Source of the DNA: Asterias rubens
Lineage: Eukaryota
Assembly (NCBI RefSeq): GCF_902459465.1
Contig: NC_047077.1
Location: 5,828,001-5,892,000 of the forward strand
DNA length: 64,000 nt
Direction: 5' to 3'
The notes under the pieces are model-generated. The model was not told the DNA's origin and did not search any database. It worked only from the letters and a program-made list of their open reading frames with translations. A program made the translations under genes and the position numbers. Positions 32,101-45,000 of this stretch are shown in pieces (the first letter of the stretch is position 1; each line of letters begins with the position of its first letter).

Positions 32101-35015
32101 TTTTTCTTAACCAGGAATCATTTTTAGAAATCTGTTAAGCAGAAATACTGGCTTAGCAAATTTCTTTGAGTGGAGCACCAGTTGCAACAATGGAAAACTT
32201 AATTTAATTTTAACTGGTTAAACCTGTTTCTCTGTACATCAGCAACACTTGTCTCATTATGTGTTTAGCAAGTTTGATTGTGCTAACAGGATTTATAAAA
32301 TTGGTCACAGTTTGTGTCAGTGATAATAATGTTGTTTTGTTTGATAATTCTTTTCTTTGCAATGAAGGCAGCTCGTACTTTTTTGACCCGTAGCTTGTAT
32401 AGAATTTATCAATAACTATTACCTTCACAGACTTGAGAAAGCTGTAATATTTAATTTAAGGTATATTGCGCTATAATTTTTGTTCGTAATTTAGTTAATT
32501 TAAAACTAAAAATCTAAATTTTGTAATAATTGTTCGGATCTCGGCATTAGCGCGCGTCAATCACCAAAGAATAAAAATTTAACATGTAACAAGCAAAGTT
32601 TAAATAGTATAATCTTTCAAAATAAGAAATATAAAATAAACAAACAATATTAGTTTTCTATATCCCCGAAGCAAATTTACCAATAAATTTCTGTTGTTAT
32701 GCTGTCACAGTTTTATTTCACAGAGCAAGGTTTAATTCAAGTTTACCGCGTGATAGCTTTTTCGAAACCAGGCTGAATCATCTATTTCAATGCTTTATGA
32801 GTGCATTGACTCTTTGGCATTTAAGCTCAAAGCCTGAAGAAGTCAGACGGTTCGCGAAAACACCTGGTGACGTCACGTTCCAGATTTGGGGGCGGCAGCC
32901 ATTAAGGAACTCGTTTTGTGTGGCGTACACGTGTGTTTGTTTCAACAACAAAAACTGACGGTTTTTATCATTTTGGAGCCGTAAAACAACACTTGTGCAC
33001 CCAAAACAGCCCCAATGGATAGAGTGCAAGGTACTGACTTCTTACAAAGGTAAGCTCTTGAATGAAATGACTTATTTGACCTCATAAACATCGGTTTGTA
33101 ATTTGAATTTTGGCGGCAAGAAGTCGTGTTGCATCTATTTCGTGAAAAAAAATAAGTCCGATAATTATTTTGGTTGTTGATAACTTCTATTGAATTTGAG
33201 AAAGATGTGTAGATAATTCCTGCTCGCGCATCACGGTATTTTGGAAAGGTTTTGGGGATGTAAAGAGCTTGAACAATTTTATAATTGCGCTTACACGTTT
33301 CACTTTGTGCCCGTTCCTTTTTTTAGTATGAAACGAAATAAGTGCCGAATTGTGAATTACTAAAAATAAAAAACAAAGCATTTCCCAAGCATTGTCTTTG
33401 TACAACAACAAATATATTTGCCTCCATACCTCACCCAAATGCACAACCAATAAAAATGGCCGCTTGTGCCATTGCCACCCCCCACCCAATATTAAAGGTC
33501 ACTCTGGATCGAAATAATGTGAGCAGACAATATTGCATAACTACTTTGTTAAGCAGACTAAATAACATTGAATCGAGCTGCTTTATATAATGTACATACA
33601 TTTGCAGAAACCTGTCAGCTAAAATTGTGTTTTGTTTTGCTCCACACAAATATAAATATCTTTTATTGGGATGTATATTTGACAGGTAAGCAGTCAGTGT
33701 TGCACAACAACTTTGTTGAGCAGATTGATTAAAATTGTGAGCTCACTGAATACGGGTACCGGTACATAAGTTTGCAGACATTTTTTGTTGTGCTAAGCAA
33801 AACGTTTTTGTGCTCAAATTTTGTGTTGTAATGCTTCACACAAAATATATCATAAACTGCTTATAACATCGGGTGTAATGGTAGGATAGGTGACTTACTG
33901 TGGTAGATAGCGTTTCCTTGTAGGTAGCTTACTTCATACATATTCCTCAATAAAAGAGGACTCAACTTCTCAGAAACACTCCCCTTAGCAGTTTGAAGGT
34001 CAAAGGTTAAATCGTCTCCAAAATGGAAAGTAACTTCTTGCGGCAGGAGGGATCTGTCGATGACGTCACGCATGTACATTGGCTTAGAACCTTAAGTACA
34101 AAAATAAATATTGAATTAATGATACAATTTCCATAAGTTGCAAGTGTGTGATGTTGGACATTTATCGTTGGAATGATATAATATAATTATATAAACTTAT
34201 AGCAATCCAGGGCTACTATGTTTCCTGCAGGATAAGTTAATTGCATTTTTGAATTTTCTTCTCCGTCGTTTTGAAATTCAAATAAAGGGGAAATTATTGA
34301 GTAGAAACACAAAAATAACTCACGTTTTTTGCTGGTCACGACCTCAAATCGTGCGTCTGCATATCGAAGAGGGATACTAAGAAATTTGTTTTTCTTTGTA
34401 CCGGCCAGGACACGGGTCTGTGTGTGGTTTTGATGAATTCGAAGAATCTGTAATAAAATTAATTATAGAAACATAATCTCGAAGTTTACATTAGAAAATG
34501 TGGCACTTTTTATACAATTTTGGCGATAGTTTCAGACACTGTTTTCCTTTCTTTGTTCAATTTAATAGGAGCTGCTTACGCACAAAAAGTAGCTATGCAC
34601 AACATTATTACGATTACATGTGTATTGTGAAGAATGCTATTTTGGAAATTTGTTTCTAATGTGGGATTTCTGTACATAGAATATAAAAACAATTGCTCTT
34701 TGCATAAATATTTAGTTAGTAGCTTACATTGTAGCCTATAGTACACAAAATTTGACATATTATTTGTTCGTGATAAAACAGTTAGCACGTCTGTTTTGCA
34801 TGTTGTCATCCATTATGCCCGTCGCTTTTGCCCTTTTGCATTTATTTTAGAAAGCTTCAAATCCTTACCTGATCTTTACTAAGTGTCTCATTTTCATCCG
34901 AAGACACAAAGCCGATTGACACTTTCATAATCTGTGGGAATGTACATCTCTTGAGGGCTTCACGCAGCGTGTAGGAGCGTTTGGACCACCGTATATCTTC
35001 CACTTTAGACCCCAT
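29195..35015 (-). CDS. GAREM-like adaptor: CABIT-like N-terminus, Ser/Pro-rich region, polyproline tract, C-terminal SAM domain; 813 aa, 5 coding exons
   Basis: Exons (minus) 35015-34869, 34447-34324, 34090-33899, 32022-31855 and 31005-29195. All introns are GT-AG, phases 0,1,1,1, total 2442 nt. The N-terminus VEDIRWSKRSYTLREALKRCTFPQIMKV resembles GAREM1 LKDVKWSS..LDLLVSTYRLPQIARL. The C-terminus LTVAQVTQSLRLLNL...VDGEMMITLSKDILRTEFKVSEFDSQKIMKFLGGWRPK resembles the GAREM SAM domain ending in GWRPK. Orthology is not established, so no symbol is given. Confidence 0.85.
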
Positions 35016-38000
35016 GGCTTCAGTGGCGTGCTACGGTCAGTAGGTCTTGCTCATGCAGCCTCTCATCAAGGGGAAACAGTTCTCGCATATACTTATTTAT
35101 TCTGGAATGAAAACATAAAATATTTATTTTTTATTTGTTCTAAAACCAGTAAATGATACAACGATCATCGTGTTTTACCACTATTGGATCTGATATTGAA
35201 CTATACAAGGAAAAATCGAACATCAAGTTTATTCCAAAATGAAATCACATAATCGTTCATTTTAATTTGATTAATACTTCGTTCTAAAATTGAGCTTCAG
35301 TAAATTAAACCACAATAACCTTGTGTTATTGTGTCTGGTCTGGTATTGGATGCTGTGTAACTCGGATGGGACTCGGGGGGGGGGGGGGGGGTCTGACCAA
35401 CACAGGGAATTCACTGAAGTAGGGCAGGGTATGTTCACATTATAGCATACTTAAACAAAAATCTTTGATGAAGGTGTGTGTAATAATTTAAGGCTCAATC
35501 TTGCACAGGCCTGAAAACAAGGCTCCTTAGATATTGGTTAATTACAAAATATAAGCAGCCATGTGTTGAACTGCAACAATAACAACAAAATTGAACAACA
35601 GGTTTTTTTAATATAGTTTTAAAAACTATATTAAATATTAAACTTCAATTTTGAAAAAAAACCAAAACGTCATAACCATTTCACAAAAATATAAAGTATT
35701 ACTTGATGAGAAATCGAAAAGGTATAGGAACTGCAGTAATGATCGGGCAATACGAAACCATCATGCTTCTGATTATCATGCAATACCATTATTAGCAACC
35801 GAAGGTTTTCAACTCTACAAAACGCTTATTGTTTAGTGAACTATTCATATATGACGTCGCTATAGACGTTTACGGCGAAGTGAAGGCCTAACTAGTCGTT
35901 TGATCATTGAATATAGGGAACTGATAATGGTAGGCCGTGTGAATTTGTCCTGTATTATAACAAGCAACAATAAACCAGCCTTGAACTTTTCACTCCATTT
36001 AACCTTCCCTTTACCAGAGCTATGACAAAAATGTGACATCTATTCGAGATCGCGACACAAATCAATACTATAATTTACTTTATTTGTTTGTTTTAGGTTC
36101 AATAGATGAAAATCACTATAAAACTAGTGCAATGATTAACCACTAATAATTTTTTTTTTTACAAAATTGCCAAAAGTTTGTGTCATCGAAATTGTTCAAG
36201 TTCATGAAGTAACGAAATTCTTCTTAAATATGGCGATAGCTACATTTTTGTGTGTGTAAAGAGATACAGACATTAAAATGTCTGCATTTCCTCTTCGCGT
36301 TATATGCAGAAATAATTGTTGTCTTTGTGATGAAAAAGAAAATATATGACAACACATGTAAATACCTTTAAAAACACAGGGTAAGTTTACTTTGCGGCAA
36401 TATTATATTGAAAGAAGAAGTTACATTATCCACTTATTGTTGTTCAAAATTATGCCTGAGATTTCATAACATCATGCTTGTACTTAAAAACAATGGACCC
36501 TATGTTAAAATAATAAACTAGGTCAACCATTGCTTCCAATCAACGCAGATGTTCGTAACATCCCGTTCTTTACGAGAACACAATTGGTTATTAATTGTTT
36601 TCAGTTCTGGAAAGGGTGCAACAACAATACAAACGCATTGTGCTTTATTTTTCTTATTTAAATACATAACTGAAATGTGCGACACAATGTCTGTCGTAGA
36701 AATTAGCATTCCATTTTTATAGGAGCAGTATACACGCGTAATATTAATAAATGCATTTTGGGTCAAGGTTTACTATGCTGCATTAAAATATTATTCAGAT
36801 ATGCCATGGGAAATCTGCAGAAGATTTCACATTGGTCATGATGGATGTCAGCGTTTAAAAAATATATTGAAAATTAATTTAAATGGGTATCTTGTCCGGT
36901 CGCAACGCTCTTTCTTTAAGAAAGTATTACATTTAAAATGTATACCTGTTGCATGACAGACTATTTTGTACCTTGTGACAAATATTTATAATCAATTTCA
37001 GATTTATTGCCTATAAGTGTTGTACCATGAAATTGCATTAATGTCTTAATTGATATCAACTCAATACCAAAATATCAAAATATCAAAACCCTTTCGTGGA
37101 AGGGGACACAGAAGCCCTTAATTATTTTGAGTTGTTGATGAGCTGCACGCAAGCTCATCACAACCTATTATTCCAATGAACACTTGATATGCAAATGATA
37201 TGCAAATAAGGGTAGATGTCAGCAGCTGTAATCATTTGAAATCCATCATGATATATTAGATAAAAATTATGACTAGACGCTCTTCAACACGCTCATGCAT
37301 TATTCATGAGAAACACCTGTTTTTATCGAGTATACAAGGTTTATGCACACTTCAGTTTTCCACTGTATATAACCAGATCAAAATGGCGGTTCTCAGATTA
37401 TAAAACTAAATGGAATTCTTTGGCACTAAGTCATTGTTACTGTGTGGGTGGGAAGCAATGCCTGCTTTTCATATAATGTAAACGATGTTGCCAATTTATT
37501 TTACAGACTGGTTGAGCTTAGATTAACAGATGACCTTCACATTAGACGTGTTTTATGTTCACTGAAACAAAATCACTTTATTGCTTATTAATTGCAATGT
37601 AAACAAAGCAAGACACAGGTTGGCATTGTCGCATAGTCCATTACCACATCGTATAATTATTTTGTTTTATGATGAACTGCAATTACAATTGCCCTGATAA
37701 TTACTAATGTGGACATTGACTTCTACCAGTATGGTCTTTAGGCCACATTATCATTCAAGACAACATGTCAATCATTTAATTGATGTAGAATCAAACAATA
37801 ATTGTTGCCAAATGTTATAATCATCAACGATTGTCATTTTGTATAGCCCAAATACTTGTTAATGATAATCATAAGTTTTAGTGCTATTGAAAACAAGATC
37901 ATTCTCATTAAAATCATCACCAATCCCATCATTTAATATTTCCAGAATCAAAATCACAGGAAAACACTATAATAATAAAAGAATATATAAAACATCAAAT

Positions 38001-39291
38001 TGGCAATTGCCAATAAGGGGTATAGGCTACCCTTAAAATTCCCTTTGTGTCAATTTCTGGACTCAATCTAACTATAAGTTTCAATATTTAGATCACATTT
38101 TTAGTTTTAAAGACTGTTATTAAATCCAGTCATTATTAATTATCAATTTTACTATCATGAACATTTCACAGACAAACCGCATCCAATAAATATCTTAAGG
38201 AAGATGTCTCACTAAAATTAAAGGTTGATACACATCACTTGTTTCAAAAATCATGTAATTACCCAAATAACAGTTAAAAACTAAGCCCCTGTAGTTTCAC
38301 TTAGTATTCTTTGTAAAAAATAACTGTTGAATTTAATTGAATTTACTCGGAAATTATAGATTTGTAGGTGGCGATGTGGAGTGAAAAATGACAGTACATA
38401 TGGGAATGTGTGTGGGCGTTACGCAGATGGGTTAACAATGTATTAATAATCTTCAAGTTCGGATTCCAAACTTATCTTGAGTTTATAACACCATTTATGA
38501 GTAACTTCATCGCGCTTTGCAATTGAGATTTTCTTTGGTTTTGCAATTTTATCGAGATTAAATATATATCACGTAGTCCCTATGTGGGTTTGGCATTCAG
38601 TACATGCAGCAGGAAATGGGAAAAAAGATCTCAGAACAGGAAACGGGAGACAATTTTCTACAAAAAGTTGGAAATGTCAAAAATTAGGAACTTACCAACT
38701 AGTCCAAGACGTTACTCCAAATACATCTTCGCTATATCATCTTACATCTTATCAATCATAACTCCTTAAAAACAGCTGGAAATGTAAGGTAGTTTGAGAT
38801 CGCCTTGGTTAACATCATTCCATTAGTCGATAGGATCCGATTGGGGCTGGTCCCATACAATATGGCTCCTTCTAAACCTTAAACCCATTCAGATGGTAAT
38901 AAGGTACCCTCCTATGGACAATAGAGGTACGGTGTGTATGGGACGTGGGTACAGGGTGAAGAAATGTCAGCTAGGGTGCATTCAACCATAGAGTAAGGAC
39001 AGAGCTCTATGATTCAACCGACCACTAAAGTCTTTCACATCAGTTCCCTCACTGGTACCCGTTGTCTACGTACCATTCTATTATGATCCATAACACCCTA
39101 TGAATAGAATGCCCATAGCTAACGATGACTGGGTAAATACAAGTTCGTCGATATGGTTCATATGAAAGCAACAACAGATGACTGATGTATAGAGAAAGTC
39201 CTTGCTCTATGATATGATATCTACCATTTTGTGCTGTTTGGCAAAGCAGAATTAGTATGGCACAATTGTGTGGATTTTAAGTGTAGTCTAT

Positions 39292-39628
39292 AGGCCCAAT
39301 TTCATAGAGCAATTCCATTACTAAAGCACACACACATAGATGTGTACAACCAAAGACAAAATACCATTCCATCATCAACCATTAATTTTATGATTGGTAT
39401 AATTGTTTTGCTTAGCAGAGATTTGTTGTAAAGCGCTATTAAAATACCATTCCATCGGTGCACCAATTGTCATTGGTACCCTAATCATTTTGCTTAGCAG
39501 ACATGTTTTTGTGTTAAGCACTATTAAAGTACCATTCCATCATGCACCAATTGTAACTGGTATAATCTTGTAACTGGTATAATCTTTTTGCTTAACAGAA
39601 ATTCGTTCAGCAGCTCTGTAATTTGGCC
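39292..39628. mobile_element. MITE (GGCCCAATTTCATAGAGC family) with internal repeats
   Basis: Starts AGGCCCAATTTCATAGAGC and ends GCTCTGTAATTTGGCCC. Three internal copies of ATACCATTCCATC..CACCAATTGT..TTGGTA..TTTTGCTTA. A partial relative lies at 26692-26850. Confidence 0.7.
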
Positions 39629-42087
39629 CGGATTTGAGCACGCGATATCCACGCGGTCTTGTTGGTCTCTGATGACACCCCTTTCAACAGTAAACTGTTT
39701 CGGGCAATCTATGCAGTTTAAAAAAAAGTTGTCTTCTTTTTTTTTTGAAATATTGATTCATACATTCACATAACAAACATGGGTGTTCCAGAGCTTTAAC
39801 AATAATCCCACCCAGGGTAGGCTAGTAGTAGGGCGGTGCTTAACTCTTTGTTCAAACAAAGAGGGGGTACGCCCTCAACGTTTGTGTAGGATGACTCATC
39901 GTGATACAGGATTACAATACAGACCATGGTGATTCGGGTCGTCCTTGAAAATACCTGAAAAGAGACTACTACCTTCACCTGTCGTGACGTGAAAGTCAAA
40001 TTACTAGACTAATGGCATAGTGAAACGTTTCACACCCATTGAAACTTACCTGAAGCGATGTCTCCAATAATTGCTTTAACAAAAGTTCAGATTTGTCGCA
40101 ATTTAGTGAATGGTTTGCAGAGTCTGGCTTTCCACAAACTTTTTTCCTGAAGACGAGCAGAGTATACTGTCCGAAACGTCGAGACCACACTGGCTCTTTT
40201 CAGAGGCAAGCCTCCCACATAAGAGATTTACTTATGGTTGTACCTGCAAGTTTACTATTTATTAATAGCTTCCTCCGACTTTCCACAATTCCAAACCAAC
40301 ACATTTTCTTTTCTGTCTGTTTCTGAACTTATTTGGGGACTTTGAGACTCTGTACATTTGTGTTTTTATGCGATTGGTGCTTAGTCAGATTAACACTGTT
40401 CACCATAATAAAAAATAATTAAAAAAAATAAACGAAAACAAGCAAACAAACAACGTAACACCCCCAACAAACAACAACAAGTTGACACAGAGAGACAGGC
40501 TAATAATATAAAGAAGTATTTATATAATCCAAGTCATTATACTTTCATCTTTTCATCAAATTTACACAATATTTCACAAATAAATCACACTAAAATATAA
40601 TGACAATAATCGTATGGAAACATACTACACATTTTGTTTGTGAAATTAGAAGGCAAAGCCAAACGGGTTGGCAAATATATAGAAGTAGACATTGTACATA
40701 ATTCCACTACATTTTGTTTGGATTATATTTGATATGGTCGAAATGTATCGACATATTGGTCCGAGACAATGCTTATGCATGACATGTGCCTAGAATGTCA
40801 GAGGTTATTGTTAGTTACCAGTTAACACATATTCTGTAATGACTTTATAAAATAATAGGAATAACAAACTTTGATAATAATTTGTCATATTTTGGCAGCG
40901 AGGGAATGCTATAAATTCCCTATAAAATAATAACAAGTAATTTTATTATTCATGACAATAATTGGTAATTACTCAAAAAAGTTCTTATTATGACTCGGGA
41001 GAGTACTGAGTGTACAGTGATTTACACACATCGGTTTATTGTGAAATAAGTTACATTGTTGATAATAATCACGAAGTGGTTATAGTTAAAAAGAAAGAGT
41101 TATACTAGAAGTTAATAATTTACATTAAATACAAGTTGCTTTTGTAGAAAACAGTATTTTTGCTTCAATTAATGGGATTTAAGTCTAATCAAAATCAGAA
41201 TCTTTTTATGTTATATATTGGGGGGGGAGCAACTTATAACATTCCCAATTAACTTAACTGTTTTGACATCGATGTATATCTGTATAATTCATCTTATTGT
41301 ACACAGCTATCCATTCATGTGGAATAAATTATAAAAACCAATTGGAAATACTTGTTATAAATTATGTCAACACAACTTTTATAGCACTTGTTCAACACCG
41401 CTATAGGCTTCTTATAAATAGATGTAGAAAGAAAGATATACATAATATTATAATGTTGATTTGTCCACGTCATAAATATAGAAACTTGGCTTCCATTGAC
41501 CAATAATAACATAAGAAGTAAAAAAGTAAATGCCTTAGGCAATAATTACATGTATTGTCTTACTTTTAAACCATTAGTGGTATTGGGTGTATTGTTTTAT
41601 GACCTCCCCTTTGGTATTGCGGTACGGTGGGGCAGATCGGGTTACATTTCCGGGGATGTGTGCATTATATACTTTTGACAGTCAGAGTATATGTAACGCA
41701 AAATATAATTAGCAATAGGGCCAGTGCAGATTTAAACATTAAAGTATGGTTAGAACAGTCAACTTTTCAAAATTTCCAAAATGGCTGTCGTGAACATGAT
41801 TAGCATAATATGGCAAGGTCTAGCTGGGATCCCATCAAAATGTATAATAAGCTTGTGGCTTTAATTTAACCTTGTAAACTCTCCCGTGTGCAAACAAATT
41901 ACTCAGTTTGAAATATCAGATAGTAAAATGAAACCATGACATGTAGGCTATAGTGCGTAGTTAGTTAAGGATCACTTTAAAGTCCATTATTTCAGATGTA
42001 GTTGTGAACACACGCAGCATTGTATGGATCTTTCACTCTATAGACTAATCATTTGAATGACATTGGAGTTCTGTGGCCTCTAGAGGG

Positions 42088-45000
42088 CTATAAGTCAGTT
42101 GACTCTTCTACGTCATCGTCACTAACGACCGACCGCCCATCCGGACGTCCTCTTCGCTGAACAACAGGCTCACTATTTCTCTTCGTCCTACCCAGGCTAT
42201 TTAAATCCCCCATGCTTATACTAGTCCCCATACTAAGACTACCAATACTTCCCCTTCGTTTGCGTGCATTATGTTTATCCTTCATGGCTTTCCATCCTTT
42301 AGGCTGGTGGCTGCCTATCCCAGCATCATTGCTTGTGCCTCCTGCACTCCAGTTTGCTGGACGAAATAATGAGAGTCTGGACACCGAACCGAACAATGAG
42401 CGTGGCGTGAAGTCCTCAGTGACGTCATCATCTTGGGTGATTTCACTCTTGTCGTCATCATCGTCGTCATCACCATGGAAACCATTTGACCAGAATTGTT
42501 CACTGTCTTCTGTTGTTGTCTCAGATACATTTGTTGATGTACCCGACAAACTGTCTGTATTTGTTCGAGTTAGCTTTGGGTCTTTCCGCTTAGCAAATCG
42601 CTGTCTGATGTTGAACTTGGTCAGAGACATTGTCTGCGCATGCCCATCACTTGAGTCCTGATTGGTCGCTCTGTCTAAAACTCCCATATCCACAGAATGA
42701 CTGATTGGTCGTGCTTTCTCTTTAGCTTTTATTCTTTGTAATGTGCCGTAATAGAATGCACGGCCTAGGGATTGTTGCCGTTTCTGCACCACGGGCGTCT
42801 CTATTGATTTCCTTGTCTCTTTTTTGATAATGTTTGCATCTTCCGACTTGGAATAAAATATTGTGATTTCTGAAAAGAAAAGACAAAAAGTAGTTTTTTG
42901 TGAGTTGGCAACGATTTTATTGTACTTCAAAACAATGGCATACTAAATCATATTCAGATTCAGAGCAACATGAAAATGATGTGCGTATTAATTATTACAA
43001 TTTCTGCCCAAACCCTCTGCTTAATGTTTTTAGGATGAATTTTTTAGATGTGGGGGGGGGGGTGTACTTTTTTTCGTCTTTCTAATGAAAAGTGTGGAGG
43101 GGGTGTTTCAAACAATGACTCGTATGTTGTTAATGTAAGTTATATATACCATGCCTGATATATGGCAGAGGCTTCCCCCTATCCTATAACTTAACACAAT
43201 CAAATAAAAAAATATAAAAAAATAAAAATTATTTCAAATACCTGAAAACAGTTAAATTACTTACTTTTGTTTCCATGTACAGTGAATCGTACCCTCGTAG
43301 CCACCACATTATCAAGACCTCTCATGAGTCGATGCCAGTTTCTATCCCCACTAGATAGACCCATTGCTACTGACATCTCGAGCTCGTGGTGGATAGGGAT
43401 GCTTAGTATAGCCGCATCTAATTCACCTGTTATCAATAAGAAATAATTGTATTGATAAAACACTTAACCCAGCCTTCAACTTGATTTCCGTGTTTTAACA
43501 TCTCTTTCCAATAACTCTTAGAGGAGCTATATAAAAAGCCCTGTGACGCCATCCTCAAAAACTCGCACGACTAGAAAAAAACTGTGTTAAAACTCACCAA
43601 AATTGACTGCATTTCCATTCAGGTAAACTTCTTGCTGTAACCGTAGGAGGTCAATGGGCTCCAATGGAAGACGGATACCGAACTGCCCCACGTCTTTGAG
43701 AGACTTGACATGACTGAGTGAGAATCGAACCTTCTTAGGGAGTGAGAATTGACGGATGATACCAGCTATGGGCATTGTCTTTAACTTGGATACTGAAAGG
43801 AAAGAGGTAAGCGCATTTATTTTACTCTTTGGTACCAATTGATAAAATAACCTAAACTTTGTATACAAGACTAGCATCGTTTACTAATAAGAGATGTTTA
43901 TAAACATTGATGGATTTCACAAAGAGTAAGTCTTATCTCGAGTTAGGACGAGTTACTCTTCCTAACTTAGGACTAGCCATACATGTTTAATGTATTATAG
44001 GACTAGTCCCAACTCTTCGTGAAATCAACCCCAGGAAAGATACCAAGTTATTGTTTGCCCGACCGATTCCGTTTTACTTGATGTTCACGACTCAATTATT
44101 ATGTCATGTGAGTCAAATTCCTTGATTTCCTAGACTAATGAACCATTCCACATATCTAAGAGGTGGTCTGGTCCCAGAATGTTTCTACACAAATTTTGAA
44201 ATGGGTGGGAATACAGCTAAAATGACAAATCTGCAAACAGATACATCGCAATCTTGATTTTTTGATTTATTATTTTGTAAACAATGCTGTGATTTTTGTT
44301 TAAACCCAGAGATCCCCATCCTATGTTTTTTTTTCTTAGTGAAAAAAAGTTTCCCATATTAAAATAAATTTAATTCTTACAAGTTCTTCTCTTGTCTGGA
44401 ACTACCTCAATTGGTATCTCAAAGTCAAGAGGAATACTTAAATAGCGCCCTCTTGCATCCATAGCAATCACTCTTTGCTGTTTTAGCCATCGATGGATAC
44501 GGATCACCTGGTTTGAAAATAGAACGACAAAACTTGGATTATATTCGAGAAAGCAATTAAATCAGTTGACCTCAAGTTTACTGTTCTGGATATTCATCCT
44601 ATAGTCCTTCATGGGTAATTTCTTTCTGGAAGTCGAGACAGGCAAAGGGCAGTTGAAGATCCCCAAATCACCATTAGCTTATGTCCTCGGTTGCCGCAAG
44701 TGAAATAAGAATATTATGACATGTCTATTATAAAGGACGTGCCAATGAACAGCTAAACTCAGTCCCTTTTCAATATCCCCCACTTCAACTGTATACCAGT
44801 TAGTTTGAAATGTTTGTCACATGATGGCAATGTTACCTGAAAACTGAAGGATATAAAACTCCTCAAAAGACTAGTGAATTGAATACTTATTTTCATGCAG
44901 ATGTTGCGATATTGTGCATCGAATTGTTACAAAAATATTAATTATCATGCGTACAAAAATATCATAAATATATCGCTTGATCAAACACACATAAAAACTT

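Noticed and set aside
39800-39960. Exon-like segment after a minus-strand acceptor (TTTTCAG|GTATTTTCAAGGACG...)
   Set aside because: Two frames close within about 20 codons and the third gives no recognisable protein; no matching donor was established. At most a UTR exon of one CABIT gene.
44560-44700. GC-richer stretch upstream of CABIT paralogue exon 2 as an extra coding exon
   Set aside because: No convincing splice pair, and the gene model is already in frame without it.
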